This document shows positions 27,419 to 37,509 of a stretch of DNA of 64,000 nt, piece after piece; position 1 is the first letter of the stretch; every line of letters begins with the position of its first letter. The stretch covers positions 1,158,357-1,222,356 of the forward strand of contig CAVQVO010000020.1 in NCBI GenBank assembly GCA_963717115.1. The letters run 5' to 3'. A model generated the notes under the pieces. That model was given only the letters and a program-made list of their open reading frames with translations, was not told where the DNA came from and made no database searches. This DNA comes from an uncultured Acidimicrobiales bacterium. Its GTDB lineage: Bacteria; Actinomycetota; Acidimicrobiia; Acidimicrobiales; SZUA-35. A program made the translations under genes and the position numbers.

Positions 27419-28318
27419 ATGCCTGCTGCCTCGCCGTCCCTGCCCACCTCCCCCTTCGGTCGCACCGGCCACCTCAGCACCCGGATCATCTTCGGGGCGG
27501 CGGCCCTCGGCGGGATGAGTCAGGAACGAGCCGACGCCACGATCGAGCTGGTGGTCGGGGCCGGTGTGAATCATTTCGACACCGCCGCGTCCTACGGCGA
27601 GTCCGAGCTGCGGCTGGCGCCGTGGCTGGCCGATCACCGATCCGAGGTCTTCCTCGCCACCAAGACCGGCGAGCGCAATGGCGCCGCCGCCCGGGCCGAG
27701 CTCGAGCGGTCCCTCGTCCGGCTGGGGGTCGATCAGGTCGATCTGATCCAGCTGCACAACCTGGTGGAGGACGACGAGTTCGACGTGGCGCACGGCCCCG
27801 GCGGAGCCGTCGAGGCGATGGTCGCCGCACGCGACGAGGGGCTGGTGCGCTTCATCGGGGTCACCGGGCACGGCACCCGGATCCCGGCCATGCATGCTCG
27901 CAGCCTCGAGCGCTTCGACTTCGATTCGGTGCTCCTGCCGGTGAACTTCACCATGCTGCAGATCGACGAGTACCGGGCCGACGTCGAGGCGCTCATGGCC
28001 ACCTGCGCCGACCGCAACGTGGCCGTCCAGACCATCAAGTCCATCGCCCGGGGACGATGGGCGCCCGACCACGCCGGCCGACGCTTCAGTTGGTACGAGC
28101 CGATCGAGGACCCCGACGCCATCGGTCGGGCCGTGCGTCACGTGCTGTCGGATCCGCAGCGATTCCTCAACACGACCTCCGATGCCCGGCTGCTCCCCCA
28201 CGTGTTCGCGGGCGCCACCAGCGATCGGCCGGCGCCGACCGAAGCCGAGCTCGTCGCCGACACCCTGGCCCAGGGCGTGACCCCGCTGTTCACCCCGGGC
28301 GACCTCGAACGGATCTGA
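27419..28318 (+). CDS. aldo/keto reductase
   Basis: In ORF 25559..28318, from [17 protein letters not shown]. ...[13 protein letters not shown]...[10 protein letters not shown] are typical AKR motifs. Confidence 0.85.
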   Translation: MPAASPSLPTSPFGRTGHLSTRIIFGAAALGGMSQERADATIELVVGAGVNHFDTAASYGESELRLAPWLADHRSEVFLATKTGERNGAAARAELERSLVRLGVDQVDLIQLHNLVEDDEFDVAHGPGGAVEAMVAARDEGLVRFIGVTGHGTRIPAMHARSLERFDFDSVLLPVNFTMLQIDEYRADVEALMATCADRNVAVQTIKSIARGRWAPDHAGRRFSWYEPIEDPDAIGRAVRHVLSDPQRFLNTTSDARLLPHVFAGATSDRPAPTEAELVADTLAQGVTPLFTPGDLERI

Positions 28319-28339
28319 CGCCCACCGGCAGGGCCCGGA

Positions 28340-29734
28340 TCAGGGCTTGCGTCGGCCGGCGAGGATGTCGAGTTCGACGTGCAACCGTTCGGTGAAGAGC
28401 GAGAGGTCGGGCACGAGCTCGCGATCGGCCACGAGGCTGAAGTCGACGGTCGAGCCGTTCGACATGGCACTCACCGACAGGCCGGTCCCGTCGACCAGGG
28501 TCGACATCGAGAACTGATGGGCCACCCGATGGCCGGCCAGCTCGTACTCGGTGTCGCCGCCGGGCACGTTGACCACATAGACGTTGAAGGGCGGCATCAG
28601 CCTCGTGAAGGCTCCGGTCCGCACGATCCACCGAGACGCCAGGGCGGCGACCGCCGGTGAGGCGCCGTACATCGAGCGAATGGCCTCGACGGGGCGGGCA
28701 TGGATCTCGGCGGTCAGCTGGGCGGTGGCATCGCTGATCTCGCGCAGTCGCTGGATCGGGTCGTGACGGTGCGTGGCCAGGGGAACCAGGGCGGTTCCGA
28801 GGGGCTCGTCGACCGAGTCGACCAGCAGCGGGGTCAGGGCGATCAGCGGGTCGGGCGGCAGCTCGTCGTGCAGGACGAGCCAATGACGCAGGGTGCCGGC
28901 GATGAGGGCGAGCACGACGTCGTTGAACCGGACCTCGTGACGGTGGTGAATGGTGCGGATCTCGTCTTTCGGGAGTGAGGTGAAGGCCACCCGGCGGTGG
29001 GTGCCGAGCGTGCGGTTGAACGAGGTCCGAGGCGCCGTGTGATCGGAACCGGGCACCTCCACCGCACCCCTGGGTGCCGTCCAGGGGGCCAGGGTGCCGA
29101 GCACGTTGAAACGGCCGACGACCGGGAGTTGGCGAGACGCCTCGGCGGCGAGCGCCGTCATCCGCCACGGACTGCGGGCCATGGCCCACCACGCCCGGAT
29201 CAGCAGATCGGTGTCGTCGGGGACCCGGTCGGGGCGGATCTTCGGCGCAACCGGGGTCTCGGCGGCATCGGCGGTCAGCGGTGCGAGGACATCGAGACCG
29301 GTCACGCCGTCGATCAACACGTGATGGACCTTGATGAAGAGCCCGGGGTTCCCGTCGTAGCGCTCGATCAGGTACATCTCCCACAGGGGTCGACGGCGAT
29401 CGAGCGGGCGTTCGTGCAGCCGGCCGATCAGGTTCTGGAGTGCGTCGTCACCATCGGAGCGGGGGACGGCCAGATGACGCACGTGGTAGTCGAGGTCGAA
29501 GTGCGGGTCTTCGAGCCACCAGGGCCGATCGAGGTTGAGCGGCACCTTGTGCAACCGCCGCCGGAAGCCCGGCAGCATGTGCAGACGGGCCGCGACGAGC
29601 TCGCGCAGACCGTCGAAGGTCAGCACCGAGTCGTCGCTGACCGGCTCGAGTTCGACGAAGATCGAATGATGGCCCAGGTTGTGGCGCGTTTCGGCGGCCA
29701 ACAACTCGGCTTCGCGGGGGGTGAGTTGCTGCAT
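28340..29734 (-). CDS. wax ester synthase/diacylglycerol acyltransferase (WS/DGAT)
   Basis: Last 464 aa of ORF 28340..30184, from MQQLTPREAELL. It has the catalytic motif HHVLIDGVTG. The start overlaps the upstream stop (ATGA at 29734). Confidence 0.85.
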   Translation of the reverse strand: MQQLTPREAELLAAETRHNLGHHSIFVELEPVSDDSVLTFDGLRELVAARLHMLPGFRRRLHKVPLNLDRPWWLEDPHFDLDYHVRHLAVPRSDGDDALQNLIGRLHERPLDRRRPLWEMYLIERYDGNPGLFIKVHHVLIDGVTGLDVLAPLTADAAETPVAPKIRPDRVPDDTDLLIRAWWAMARSPWRMTALAAEASRQLPVVGRFNVLGTLAPWTAPRGAVEVPGSDHTAPRTSFNRTLGTHRRVAFTSLPKDEIRTIHHRHEVRFNDVVLALIAGTLRHWLVLHDELPPDPLIALTPLLVDSVDEPLGTALVPLATHRHDPIQRLREISDATAQLTAEIHARPVEAIRSMYGASPAVAALASRWIVRTGAFTRLMPPFNVYVVNVPGGDTEYELAGHRVAHQFSMSTLVDGTGLSVSAMSNGSTVDFSLVADRELVPDLSLFTERLHVELDILAGRRKP

Positions 29735-30816
29735 CAGGAGGTCGCGTCTCGGGCTTTCGGTTTCCGGGGTCTGGTCGTCGACGAGGCCGTTCCGTTGCGT
29801 CGCGCCTCGGGCGCGGCGGTGGGCGTGACCTTGGGTTTGGCTCTGGATTTGGCTCTGGGTTTGGCTCTGGATTTGGGCTTGGCCTTGACCGTCGCCGGGT
29901 CGACCGTGACCCCGATGGTGTCGGGGGACGGTCCCGGTTCGATCACGACGGGCCGTGGCGCCGGGCCGGCCGGCACGAGACCGGCGGCCGGCCCGACCAG
30001 CTCGTTCTCGATCGACGGATAGAAGCGACGCAGCATGTCGGGGGGATCGAACGGACGCCACGTCGAGCGGGGCAGGGCCAGACGGTCGGCGAGCAGATAG
30101 AAGACGGCCGGATTGGCGCCCAGACCGGTGTGGCTCCCCCGGACCTCGATCACCTCGGCGTTGTGGCGAATGCTCTGTCGGCACGCCAGTCCCGGCACCA
30201 CCCCGTCGGTCCGGGTCCAGACCGTCGTCGACGGAACCGGCACCCGATCGAGGTCGAAGCGCCGGGGCATCTCGAGGAAGAGCCGGGCCGACAGCCGCTG
30301 CAGATAGCCGATGTTGGTCTGGCTCGATTCCATGTTGATCGGCGAGCCGAGGCTGATGACCTGCCGGACCAGTTCGGAGCGGTTCAGGGCGAGGACCCGT
30401 CCGAGGATCCCGCCGGCGCTCCAGCCGACGATGTCGATGGGTTCACCGTACTCCTGAGCCAGATCGCGCAGGGTGCGGTCGACCCCTTCGGCGATGTGGT
30501 GCGAAGCCCCGACGTTGAGACCGAGACCCCAGCCCGACGGCTTGTGCCCGATCGAACGCAGGAACAACCGCAGAGGCAGGGTGGCCGAATCACCGCTGAC
30601 GAAGCCGGGGAGGACCAGGACCGGGCGGGGTGGGCCGAGCGGAGCCACGTAGGCCGCCATCAGCGCCGACGACCCGACGAAACCGAATTCGGGCAGCGCT
30701 CGGAGCTCTCGCAGGATCGACGACGGCCGGTAGACCTCGGCGACCGGCCCTTGGGCTCCAACCGACGCGTCGGAGAGCGTCTGCCGCTGTCCTTTCCGAC
30801 GTACGGATCGAGTCAT
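29734..30816 (-). CDS. alpha/beta hydrolase (lipase/esterase-like) with Lys/Pro/Ala-rich C-terminal tail
   Basis: ORF 29734..30978, trimmed to MTRSVRRKG. It has GWSAGG (GxSxG) and the tail VKAKPKSRAKPRAKSRAKPKV...RPRKPKA. Confidence 0.75.
   Translation of the reverse strand: MTRSVRRKGQRQTLSDASVGAQGPVAEVYRPSSILRELRALPEFGFVGSSALMAAYVAPLGPPRPVLVLPGFVSGDSATLPLRLFLRSIGHKPSGWGLGLNVGASHHIAEGVDRTLRDLAQEYGEPIDIVGWSAGGILGRVLALNRSELVRQVISLGSPINMESSQTNIGYLQRLSARLFLEMPRRFDLDRVPVPSTTVWTRTDGVVPGLACRQSIRHNAEVIEVRGSHTGLGANPAVFYLLADRLALPRSTWRPFDPPDMLRRFYPSIENELVGPAAGLVPAGPAPRPVVIEPGPSPDTIGVTVDPATVKAKPKSRAKPRAKSRAKPKVTPTAAPEARRNGTASSTTRPRKPKARDATS
29836..29883. repeat. 4 x 12-bp tandem repeat encoding the (A/S)KP(K/R) tail units
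   Basis: Direct reading gives tttggctctgga / tttggctctggg / tttggctctgga / tttgggcttggc. Confidence 0.8.
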
Positions 30817-30995
30817 GAGGCCTCTGAGTCTAGGGCAACCGGTGCCATACCTCCTGATCGGCACGGTGGGGCGCCATTCAAGCGGTGAGGGGTCGGGCGG
30901 GTGACCGAACCGGGCAGTTGCCGAATCGGGCAATTGTCCGTACATTAGCAGGAGCCGGCTCGATCGACGACCCGCCATCCGTCCCAGGAGTCCCG

Positions 30996-31295
30996 ATGAC
31001 GTTCCACCGCGAAGTACCCATCACCCGGGCTGCCGAGCTCGCCGCCCAGGGCGCCCAGTTGATCGACGTCCGAGAGGCCAACGAGGTGGCCGTCGCCATG
31101 CTCGACGGCGCCCTCCACATCCCGCTGGGCGAGCTGCCGAACCGGCTCGACGAGCTCGACCGGTCCCGTTGCGTGGCCCTGATCTGTCGGAGCGGCAATC
31201 GCAGCGGCCAGGCTGCCGCCTTCCTGACGGCGAACGGGTTCGACGATGTCGTGAATCTGACGGGCGGGATGATCGAACTGGGCCTGTCGCAGTAG
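30996..31295 (+). CDS. single-domain rhodanese sulfurtransferase
   Basis: In ORF 30885..31295; the ATG follows CAGGAG. The active-site loop is CRSGNRS. Confidence 0.85.
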   Translation: MTFHREVPITRAAELAAQGAQLIDVREANEVAVAMLDGALHIPLGELPNRLDELDRSRCVALICRSGNRSGQAAAFLTANGFDDVVNLTGGMIELGLSQ

Positions 31296-31331
31296 TCCGG
31301 CGCAGCGCCTGCACGCACCGCGCACGACCCG

Positions 31332-32333
31332 TCAGCGGGGCCGTTGCCGATACAGCTCGCGGATCAGATCCTCGATCGCCGGCTCCTCGATCGTCGAGGT
31401 CGCGGACCGGGCTGGCGTCGGTCACCTCGGCGATCAGCTCCGACGCGCTGACCCGTCGACGATCGAACCGGATCCACTGTCGGGGACCCTCGGTGCGCAC
31501 CACCGAGCCGCCGACCAACACCAGCGGCGGGGCCGCGTCGACCAGATCCACCACCAGCATCCGATGGGTCCCGTAGGTCGACTTGAACTCGGCGACACCG
31601 CCGTCGAGCAACACCCGTCCGTGATCGATGATCAGCATCCGATCGCACAGTCGTTCGACGTCGTCGAGGTCGTGGGTGGTGAGCAGCACGGTCGTGCCCC
31701 GAGTCCCGGTTGATCTCGGCGAGGAAGTCGCGCACGGCGTACTTCGACACCACGTCGAGGCCGATCGTCGGCTCGTCGAGCACGACCAACGCCGGATCGT
31801 GGAGCAGGGCCGCCGTCGAGCTCACCCCGCATGCGCTGGCCGAGCGAGAGCTGACGGACCGGTGTCGTCCAGGAACGTCCCCAGGTCGAGCCGTTCGACG
31901 AACGCGTCGAGATTGGTCCGGTGCCGGGCCGGCTCGGTCCGGTAGAGGTGGTGCAGCAGATCGAACGAGTCGACCAGCGGCAGGTCCCACCACAGCTGCG
32001 AGCGCTGACCGAACACCACACCGATCCGCTTCGCCAGTGTCGCGCCGGTCCCGAACCGGTGAGCAGCCGAGCACGTCGACGGTCCCGGCCGACGGGGTGA
32101 GGATCCCGGTGATCATCTTGATCGTGGTCGACTTCCCGGCACCGTTCGGGCCGAGGTAGCCGACCATCTCACCGGGCGCGATGTCGAACGGACACGTCGT
32201 CGACGGCATCGATCTCGCGTCGATGACGGCGGAGCCGCCCGGCCCGGGTCCGGACGACGTACTGCTTGTGAACGCCACGCAGCGAGACGGCCGGCGAGAT
32301 CCCGGCGTGCGAGGTCGGATCCATGCTGGGCAT
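31332..32333 (-). pseudogene. ABC transporter ATP-binding protein (ABC-2/DUF990-type system) interrupted by about 6 frameshifts
   Basis: Motifs are spread over three frames and five track ORFs. They are LRGVHKQY, GPNGAGKST (Walker A), VFGQRSQLWWDLP, LSLGQRMR (signature), VVLDEPTIGLD (Walker B), LLTTHDLDDVERLCDRMLIIDHG and TIEEPAIEDLIRELY. Confidence 0.8.
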
Positions 32334-33186
32334 CAGCTCCCCGGTGCTCTGGTAGTGGCGGATTCCGCTGCGCCACGCCACGGCCGCAGCGGCCATCACA
32401 GAGCCCGGCCACGACCGGCGTGGTGTAGACCAACCACGACCGCAGGCCCAGGGGGTTGGCGGCATCGAGCAGGTGCTGACTCGGCACGTAGGAGACGAAG
32501 GCCAGTGGCACCGCCCACCCCAGGGTGGCCCGGATCCACGGCCGGTACAGGTGCAACGGATACTCGTTGGCGAACTGGCCGCCATAGGTCACGGCGTTGG
32601 TCGCCTCCTTCGACGCCACGGCCCAGAACGACAACGACGCCGTCATCACCCAGAGCGAGCCGTAGATGACCGTGCCGCAGAGCAGGGCGGCGACCAGCAC
32701 CGCCACCCGACCGGCCGTCCAGTCGATGTCGACCCGGGGCACGGCCCAGATCATCGCCACGACCGCGGGCACCAGCTTGCCGGCCCGTCGCAGCTCGAAC
32801 TCCAGCGCCGAGATCTGCAGCAGGGCCGACGCCGGTCGGAGCAGGATCCGGTCGAAGGTGCCCATCTGCACATGGACGGCGACTCGCTCGACCGCGCTCA
32901 CGATCAGATCGGCGAGCCCGAACGGAACAGCCGACAGGGCGTAGAGGAACACGACCTCGTCGAGTCCCCAACCGCCGAGGTCGGGAACGAGCCGCAGGAT
33001 GAAGACGATCGCGATGGCCTCGAGCGCCGTCACGGCGGCCTGGGCGACGAGCAGGGTGGCGAACGAGGTCCGGTACTGCCAGTCGGACCGGACGCGGGCC
33101 GTGAGCAGCCTGGCGTACAGGCCCGCGTCGAGCCCACGGTCGCCTCGTCCGGTCGGGCGTCCGATCCATCCGAGCCGCTCAGCCAC
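32333..33186 (-). pseudogene. ABC-2 type permease with frameshift near 32400 and apparent stop-loss at a GGGG run
   Basis: ORF 32113..33186 carries the permease to ...LVYTTPVVAG. The C-terminus VMAAAAVAWRSGIRHYQSTG continues in the frame of ORF 32169..32585 and runs without a stop into the ATPase start. Confidence 0.65.
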
Positions 33187-33976
33187 CCTGGATCACCACC
33201 CGGCGGGTCGCCGTCGCCAGCAGTGCCCGTCCGCAGGCCAGCAGCACCAGCGCCCAGGCCACCTGCTGGGCCAGCACCGAGAGCAGGTCGACGCCCGCAT
33301 GGGTGCCCAGGTAGATCTCGGCCGGGAGCTGGACCATCGATGCGAACGGCAGGAACCGGGCCACCGTCTCGAGCCCCGACGGGAACAGCGACAGGGGCAA
33401 CAGCAGCCCGGCGAAGAAGTTCAACAGGACGGTGACCATCTGATCGATGCCGCGACTGTCGAGCAACCAGAACGCAGCCAGGCCGGCCAGGAACCGGACC
33501 GAGAACCCGACGACCGAGGCCAGGCCGACCGAGATCACGAACGCCAGCCACCGGACCGGGCCCTGCGGCCACACCAGGTCGAAGGCGATGGCCCCCAGCA
33601 GGACCGGGGGGATGCCGCGGGCCAACACCTGGAACGCCGACTTCCCGACCCAACTCGCGAGCCACCAGGCCTGGAGGTCGACCGGCCGGTAGAAGTCGAC
33701 GACGATGTCGCCACTGCGGATCCGATCCGAGAGCTCGGTGTCGCCGAAGGCCCCGACGATCATGATGAAGCCCTGCGAGACGAACGCGAACGTGGCGAGC
33801 TCGGCCCCGCTGAGGCCCCGAACCGTCCCCCCGCTGGTGGTCGCCAGGTAGACCAGGATCGACGCCCGCAGATACCCGAAGACGGAGTTGACGAACACGC
33901 CCGATGCGGTGGCCAGTCGGTAGCTCGACGCCCGCCGAAAGCTCCGGCGGGCGACCTCCCACAACAGCCTCGACAC
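33179..33976 (-). CDS. ABC-2 type transporter permease
   Basis: 265 aa, intact, with 6 hydrophobic segments. It overlaps the next permease by 8 nt. Confidence 0.8.
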   Translation of the reverse strand: MSRLLWEVARRSFRRASSYRLATASGVFVNSVFGYLRASILVYLATTSGGTVRGLSGAELATFAFVSQGFIMIVGAFGDTELSDRIRSGDIVVDFYRPVDLQAWWLASWVGKSAFQVLARGIPPVLLGAIAFDLVWPQGPVRWLAFVISVGLASVVGFSVRFLAGLAAFWLLDSRGIDQMVTVLLNFFAGLLLPLSLFPSGLETVARFLPFASMVQLPAEIYLGTHAGVDLLSVLAQQVAWALVLLACGRALLATATRRVVIQGG

Positions 33977-34074
33977 CGGGCCTTTCTAGCAGACCGGCAC
34001 GAAACCCCCGTTCTGGCGCTCGGCCACCTCGCCGTGGGGCGGCTCACCGCCGGAACGGGGTGTCGGGGTGGGCG

Positions 34075-35091
34075 TCACCAATCGAAGGTCAGGCGGGTGC
34101 GGTGTCGGTAGACCTCGCCGGGCAGCAGGACCGCTGTCGGGAAGTCCGGCCGATTGGGGCTGTCGGGCCAACGCTGGGCTTCGAACGCCACCGAACGATG
34201 CTTCGGGACGAGATGGTTGCCGGTGTAGATCTGCAGGCCCGGCTGGTCGGTGGTGATCGACAGCCGTCGGCCCGACTCGGGATGCGACAGGGCGACGCAC
34301 GCCTTCGAGTGATCGACGGCGCCGACGAAACAGTGATCGATCCCGCCGTGGCCCAGCTGGTGACCGAGCGGAACCTGGGCGTCGACCTCGAATCGTGAGT
34401 CGGCGAGCGGGAGCGGCGCCCCGGCGATCGGGATCCCGTCCTCGCCGACCCCGATGAACGACGTGAACGTGTGGGCGAGGTACTGGCTGCCGAGCACGTC
34501 GTCGGGATCGCCCGAGAGGTTCCAGTAGGTGTGGTTGGTGAGGTTCACCACCGTCGGGGCATCGGTGGTGGCCAGATAGTCGATGGTCAACGTGTGCCCG
34601 GACACGGTGTAGGTCGCCGTCGCCGCCAGGGTGCCCGGGTATCCCTGGTCGCCGGCCGGGCTGAGCAGGCGAAGCCGAACGCCGGCGCGGTCATCGGCGA
34701 CGAAGCCCCGGCCCGCCCACATCCGGGCGTCGAACCCGCCGGGGCCGCCGTGGAGTTGGTTGCCGTCCTCGTTTTCCGCCAGACGGTGCTCGACTCCGTC
34801 GAGGACGAACCGTGCCCCGGAGATGCGATTGGCGAAGCGGCCGACCGACGCACCGGCGTACCGCATGGGTTTCCGGAGGGTCTGGTCGACGTCGGCCGGC
34901 CCGTCGGTCACCTCGACCGGTTCGCCGTCCGGGGACGGGAGCCGAACCGACGCCAGCGTTGCTCCCTTCGTCCACACGGTCGCCTCGATGCCGCGACCGT
35001 CGGTGAACGAGATCGCCTCGACCTCCGCGACCGTCCCGGCCTCGTCGGTGTGGGTCCCGATCACCGACGACCGGGTGTTCGGGTCGGTCAT
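34075..35091 (-). CDS. galM: aldose 1-epimerase (galactose mutarotase)
   Basis: 338 aa with GRFANRISGARFVLDG...NQLHGGPGGFDARMW, typical of the GalM family. Confidence 0.85.
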   Translation of the reverse strand: MTDPNTRSSVIGTHTDEAGTVAEVEAISFTDGRGIEATVWTKGATLASVRLPSPDGEPVEVTDGPADVDQTLRKPMRYAGASVGRFANRISGARFVLDGVEHRLAENEDGNQLHGGPGGFDARMWAGRGFVADDRAGVRLRLLSPAGDQGYPGTLAATATYTVSGHTLTIDYLATTDAPTVVNLTNHTYWNLSGDPDDVLGSQYLAHTFTSFIGVGEDGIPIAGAPLPLADSRFEVDAQVPLGHQLGHGGIDHCFVGAVDHSKACVALSHPESGRRLSITTDQPGLQIYTGNHLVPKHRSVAFEAQRWPDSPNRPDFPTAVLLPGEVYRHRTRLTFDW

Positions 35092-35101
35092 CGGACCGGG
35101 G

Positions 35102-36163
35102 TCAACCCTCGGCGCCGGCGGCGGCCAGATCGATGGCGTCGATCATCCGCACCTTCAAACCGTCGATGTCGACGCCCTCGGTGCTCTTCTGACCCATCAG
35201 GTATCGGGCGTAGACCCCGTGGAGGATGCAGGCCGTCTTGAAGTAGTTGAACGAGCGGTAGTACCCGAGCTGCGACAGATCGGCGCCGGTGATCGCCGCG
35301 TAGCGGGCCGCCAGTTCGTCTCGCCCGGGGAACCCGGGGGCGGTCGTCGCAGCCGTGGCAACGAGGCCCCGGGCTTCGATCTCGGCCTTGTCGACCCAGG
35401 CGTTCATCGCGTAGGCCATGTCGGCCATCGGATCCCCGAGGGTGGCGATCTCCCAGTCGAGGACGGCGGTGATCCGGCCGTCGGGTCCGACCATCACGTT
35501 GTGGGTCCCGTAGTCGCCGTGGACGACCCGACCGGGCCCCTGCTCGGGGAGGTGAGCCTGGTAGAAGTCGTGCAGCTCGTGGATCCGGGGATCGTCGTAG
35601 CGTGCACCGTCGGCCGAGGAGGTCCACGATCCGTACCAGGTCCGGAGCTGGCGCGAGACGTAGCCGTCGGGACGACCGAGGTCGCCCAGCCCGACCTCGT
35701 CGGGGTCGACCGAGTGCAGCGCGGCGAGGGTGTCGACGAAGGATTCGGCCATGGTCGACCGGGCCTCGAGCGAGAGGTGATCCTCGACGTCGTCGGCGGT
35801 GTAGAGCGCCCGGCCGTCGACCAGGCTCATCACGTAGAACTTGGCCCCGGTGACCGACTCGTCGTCGCAGAAGCCGTGGGCCACCGGAACGGGCACCGCC
35901 GTCGGCCCGAGGGCCGAGATGACCGTGAACTCGCGCGCCATGTCGTGGGCTTTGGGGAGCAGCACCCCCAACGGGGGGCGCCGGATGACGGCTCGCCGAC
36001 CCTCGGTGTCGGTGAGGGCGAACGTCAGGTTGGAGTGACCGCCCTCGAGCCGGGTCCAGGTGAACGGGGGCGTGAGGCCGTCGACGTTGGCCTCGACCCA
36101 GGCCTCGACGGCGGGTTGGTCGTAGCCGGGAAGGGCGGGTGATGAGGCAGCGGGATCGGACAC
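35102..36163 (-). CDS. phosphotransferase (APH/ACAD10-like kinase) family protein
   Basis: Part of ORF 35102..37018, from GTG (VSDPAASSPALPGY). It has HGDYGTHN (HxDxxxxN) and VLDWE. Confidence 0.8.
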   Translation of the reverse strand: MSDPAASSPALPGYDQPAVEAWVEANVDGLTPPFTWTRLEGGHSNLTFALTDTEGRRAVIRRPPLGVLLPKAHDMAREFTVISALGPTAVPVPVAHGFCDDESVTGAKFYVMSLVDGRALYTADDVEDHLSLEARSTMAESFVDTLAALHSVDPDEVGLGDLGRPDGYVSRQLRTWYGSWTSSADGARYDDPRIHELHDFYQAHLPEQGPGRVVHGDYGTHNVMVGPDGRITAVLDWEIATLGDPMADMAYAMNAWVDKAEIEARGLVATAATTAPGFPGRDELAARYAAITGADLSQLGYYRSFNYFKTACILHGVYARYLMGQKSTEGVDIDGLKVRMIDAIDLAAAGAEG

Positions 36164-36219
36164 GCCGCTCAACGTAGTCGAGCCCGTTGCCGGGTCCGAA
36201 AAGGCCGCACGCCGGCCGC

Positions 36220-37452
36220 CTAGTTGCGGGGCACGTCGATCCACGGGATGTCCTTGTCGACCCGGGGCTCGCCCGGCAGGCCGAGGACCTGTTCGCCGAC
36301 GATGTTCCGCATGATCTCGCTGGTTCCACCCTCGATCGAGTTGGCGCGGACCCGCAGGAACGAGTGCCCCACCCCGTTCTCGATCCCCGACACCGACAGG
36401 TCCTCGGGACGACGGAACGTGTAGTCGAACCCGACCAGGCCGGCCGCTCCCTGCAGGGTCACGGCCAGATCCATGCAGTCCTTGTTGACCTCGGCGGCGG
36501 CCAGCTTGGCCACCGACATCTCGGGCCCGGGGTTGCCGGCCTTGCGATTGCCCGACGCCCGGAGGTTGGTGAGACGCAGCACCTCGGCCTTGACCCACTG
36601 CTGCATGACCTCGTCCTTGTGGGCCGCGGTCCGACGGTCCTCGGGGAGCGACTGCCAGATGTCGACCACCGAACCGATCGCCCCCGACCCCCGCTTGGGC
36701 GGGCCGCCGCCGGCACCGGCGCCGATGGCGTTGCGCTCGTTCATGAGGGTGGTCAACGACACTCGCCAGCCGTCGCCGGCATCGCCGATGCGGTTGGCGT
36801 CGGGGATCCGGACGTCGGTGAGATAGACCTCGTTGAACTCGGCCTCGCCGGTGATCTGGCGAAGCGGCCGGACCTCGACGCCCGGCGAGCTCATGTCGAC
36901 GGCGAAGTAGGTCATCCCCCGGTGCTTGGGAGCGCTCGGATCCGAGCGGGTGACGAGCATGCCCCAGTTGGCGAGGTGGGCCATCGTGTTCCAGACCTTC
37001 TGACCGTTGACCGTCCACTCCTCACCGTCGAGCACGGCCTTGGACGCCAGACCGGCGAAGTCGCTCCCGGCGCCGGGCTCGCTGAACAGCTGACACCAGC
37101 GATGCTCGCCGGTGTACATCGGCCGCAGGAACCGGGCCTTCTGTTCGTCGTTGCCGTGGGTGACGATCGTGGGCCCCGCCAGGTACATGAAGAACTGCCC
37201 CGGGTTCAGCGGCTTGGCGCCCGCTTCCCGCAGCCGGCGTTCGACCCGGGTCTGCAGTTCGGGTCGCAGCCCCAGGCCGCCGTGGCCCTCGGGGAAGTGC
37301 ACCCAGGCCAGACCGGCGTCGAACTGGTGTCCGCGGAACTCGGCGTAGGTCTGCGCACTCGGGTCGTTCGCCGCGAGGAGGGCGTCGATCGCGGCATCGA
37401 TGCGGGCCTCGTCGGGACTGGTGGGTGCGGGCGTGGTGATGGTGTCGGTCAT
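36220..37452 (-). CDS. acyl-CoA dehydrogenase
   Basis: 410 aa with typical ACAD N, middle and C domains (WCQLFSEPGAGSD..., GGTSEIMRNIVGE). Confidence 0.9.
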   Translation of the reverse strand: MTDTITTPAPTSPDEARIDAAIDALLAANDPSAQTYAEFRGHQFDAGLAWVHFPEGHGGLGLRPELQTRVERRLREAGAKPLNPGQFFMYLAGPTIVTHGNDEQKARFLRPMYTGEHRWCQLFSEPGAGSDFAGLASKAVLDGEEWTVNGQKVWNTMAHLANWGMLVTRSDPSAPKHRGMTYFAVDMSSPGVEVRPLRQITGEAEFNEVYLTDVRIPDANRIGDAGDGWRVSLTTLMNERNAIGAGAGGGPPKRGSGAIGSVVDIWQSLPEDRRTAAHKDEVMQQWVKAEVLRLTNLRASGNRKAGNPGPEMSVAKLAAAEVNKDCMDLAVTLQGAAGLVGFDYTFRRPEDLSVSGIENGVGHSFLRVRANSIEGGTSEIMRNIVGEQVLGLPGEPRVDKDIPWIDVPRN

Positions 37453-37509
37453 GGTGATGCGGTCCCTGTGGGAGTGGAGCGGATGGGATCGGGAAGGACG
37501 GGGGCCGCC

